Origin: Ignavibacteriota bacterium
GTDB taxonomy: Bacteria > Bacteroidota > Ignavibacteria > Palsa-1295
Assembly (NCBI GenBank): GCA_963794025.1
Contig: CAWCCK010000033.1
Coordinates: forward strand, 89,836 to 153,835
DNA: 64,000 bases
Reading direction: 5' to 3'
The notes under the pieces were generated by a model. That model saw only the letters and a list, made by a program, of their open reading frames with translations, ran no database searches and was not told where the DNA came from. Every line of letters starts with the position of its first letter. Position 1 is the first letter of the stretch. Below, piece after piece: positions 63,360 through 64,000 of this stretch. The position numbers and the translations under genes were made by a program.

Positions 63360-64000
63360 TTAATAGCGAAGCAACGCTTCGATCGCTGCGCGAATGCCTG
63401 CAACCGTCGGAACGACGGCGTCCATCAGCGTTGTATTGTAGGGAACCGGGCAGTCGGGAACCGCAAGGCGTTCGACGGGCGCATCGAGGAACTGAAATGC
63501 GTTCTGCGAGATCGTCGCGGCAATTTCGCCGCCCAAGCCGCATGTCCAGCTATCTTCATGCAGCACGAGCACACGGTTCGTTTTCTTCACGGATCGCAGA
63601 ACAGCTTCTTTATCCCAGGGAATTATTGTTCGAAGATCGAGAATTTCTACATCCATCCCCTCTGTTGCTTGCGTTGCTCGGTCAACCATTGCACCCCATG
63701 TGACAATCGTTGCAGCATTTCCTTCCCGATGAACACGCGCCTTGCCAAAGGGAAGTATAAATTCATCGCCGGGATAATTTGCGCGGGCTTGAGGGGTATC
63801 GAGCAAGGCGCGGTGTTCGAAAAAGAATGTGGGGTCTTCGCCACGCAACGCAGATCGCAAAAGGCCGACGGCGTCTTCCGTATTCGATGGATACGCAATG
63901 CGCCAGCCAACGGTATGCGCGAACGCCGCTTCACCGGAAACGGAATGCCACGGGTCGCCCGTCTTTTTTCCAAAGCCAACGGGAATTCTTACCACGACCG
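63360..64000 (-). CDS. 2-oxoacid dehydrogenase E1 component beta subunit (transketolase C-terminal region), 5' end outside the window
   Basis: ...AYPSNTEDAVGLLRSALRGEDPTFFFEHRALL...ATIVTWGAMV...DVEILDLRTIIPWDKEAVLRSVKKTNRVLVLHED...GGEIAA... The frame is open to the window end. Confidence 0.8.
   Translation of the reverse strand, partial: VVVRIPVGFGKKTGDPWHSVSGEAAFAHTVGWRIAYPSNTEDAVGLLRSALRGEDPTFFFEHRALLDTPQARANYPGDEFILPFGKARVHREGNAATIVTWGAMVDRATQATEGMDVEILDLRTIIPWDKEAVLRSVKKTNRVLVLHEDSWTCGLGGEIAATISQNAFQFLDAPVERLAVPDCPVPYNTTLMDAVVPTVAGIRAAIEALLRY

Noticed and set aside
61675-63543. Full 622-aa version of the membrane protein ORF
   Set aside because: The first 62 codons overlap the 3' end of the E1-beta gene and are Arg-rich. 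A TTG at 63357, directly after the E1-beta stop, gives a sensible N-terminus.

Overview
This is a 64 kb chromosomal window, about 50% GC with several AT-rich islands. It most likely comes from an FCB-group bacterium (Bacteroidota/Ignavibacteriota-like), because at least 10 genes end in a Type IX secretion (T9SS) C-terminal sorting domain. All calls come from reading the sequence and ORF translations and from motif recognition. No database search was run.

Layout:
- 1-19.3 kb: a T9SS-cargo cluster. Four cargo genes lie on the + strand. They converge on four tandem paralogous genes for giant surface proteins on the - strand (IgGFc-binding-like N-domain, nearly identical sorting tails).
- 19.6-28 kb: an ancestral xseA-xseB-dxs housekeeping unit split by three insertions. 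These are an AT-rich SIR2-domain gene, a GNAT toxin-like module, and a Panacea(DUF4065)-antitoxin/unknown-toxin module. The Panacea module is bracketed by an 85-bp duplication of the xseA 3' end. dxs itself carries two frameshifts.
- 28.4-32.7 kb: a 1414-aa Asp-box/Ig-like T9SS protein.
- 32.8-46.8 kb: a decayed HK97-type head-only prophage remnant (TerL, portal, prohead protease, major capsid, connector). Every gene junction has been colonised by foreign cargo: an ABC-type ATPase plus short Toprim-like pair (PARIS/OLD-like), a DUF3990-like pair, a HEPN-like pair, a GT-C membrane protein, an OMP and a DHFR-like gene.
- 47.2-51.4 kb: an intact Type III R-M system (mod-res).
- 52.8-64 kb: more T9SS cargo, glgP, fatty-acid/2-oxoacid metabolism genes and a DUF4160/DUF2442 pair.

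The most unusual signal is a rich set of structured repeats:
- Two repeat families of about 145 nt fold as four-way junctions with compensatory stem changes.
- Hairpins with arms made of tandem heptanucleotides sit in 5' leaders and also in-frame inside xseA, glgP, dxs and the prohead protease.
- A 61-nt palindrome is inserted in-frame in two genes.

Seven single-nucleotide-scale frameshifts cluster in the phage genes, dxs and an acyl-CoA dehydrogenase. Much larger ORFs are intact.
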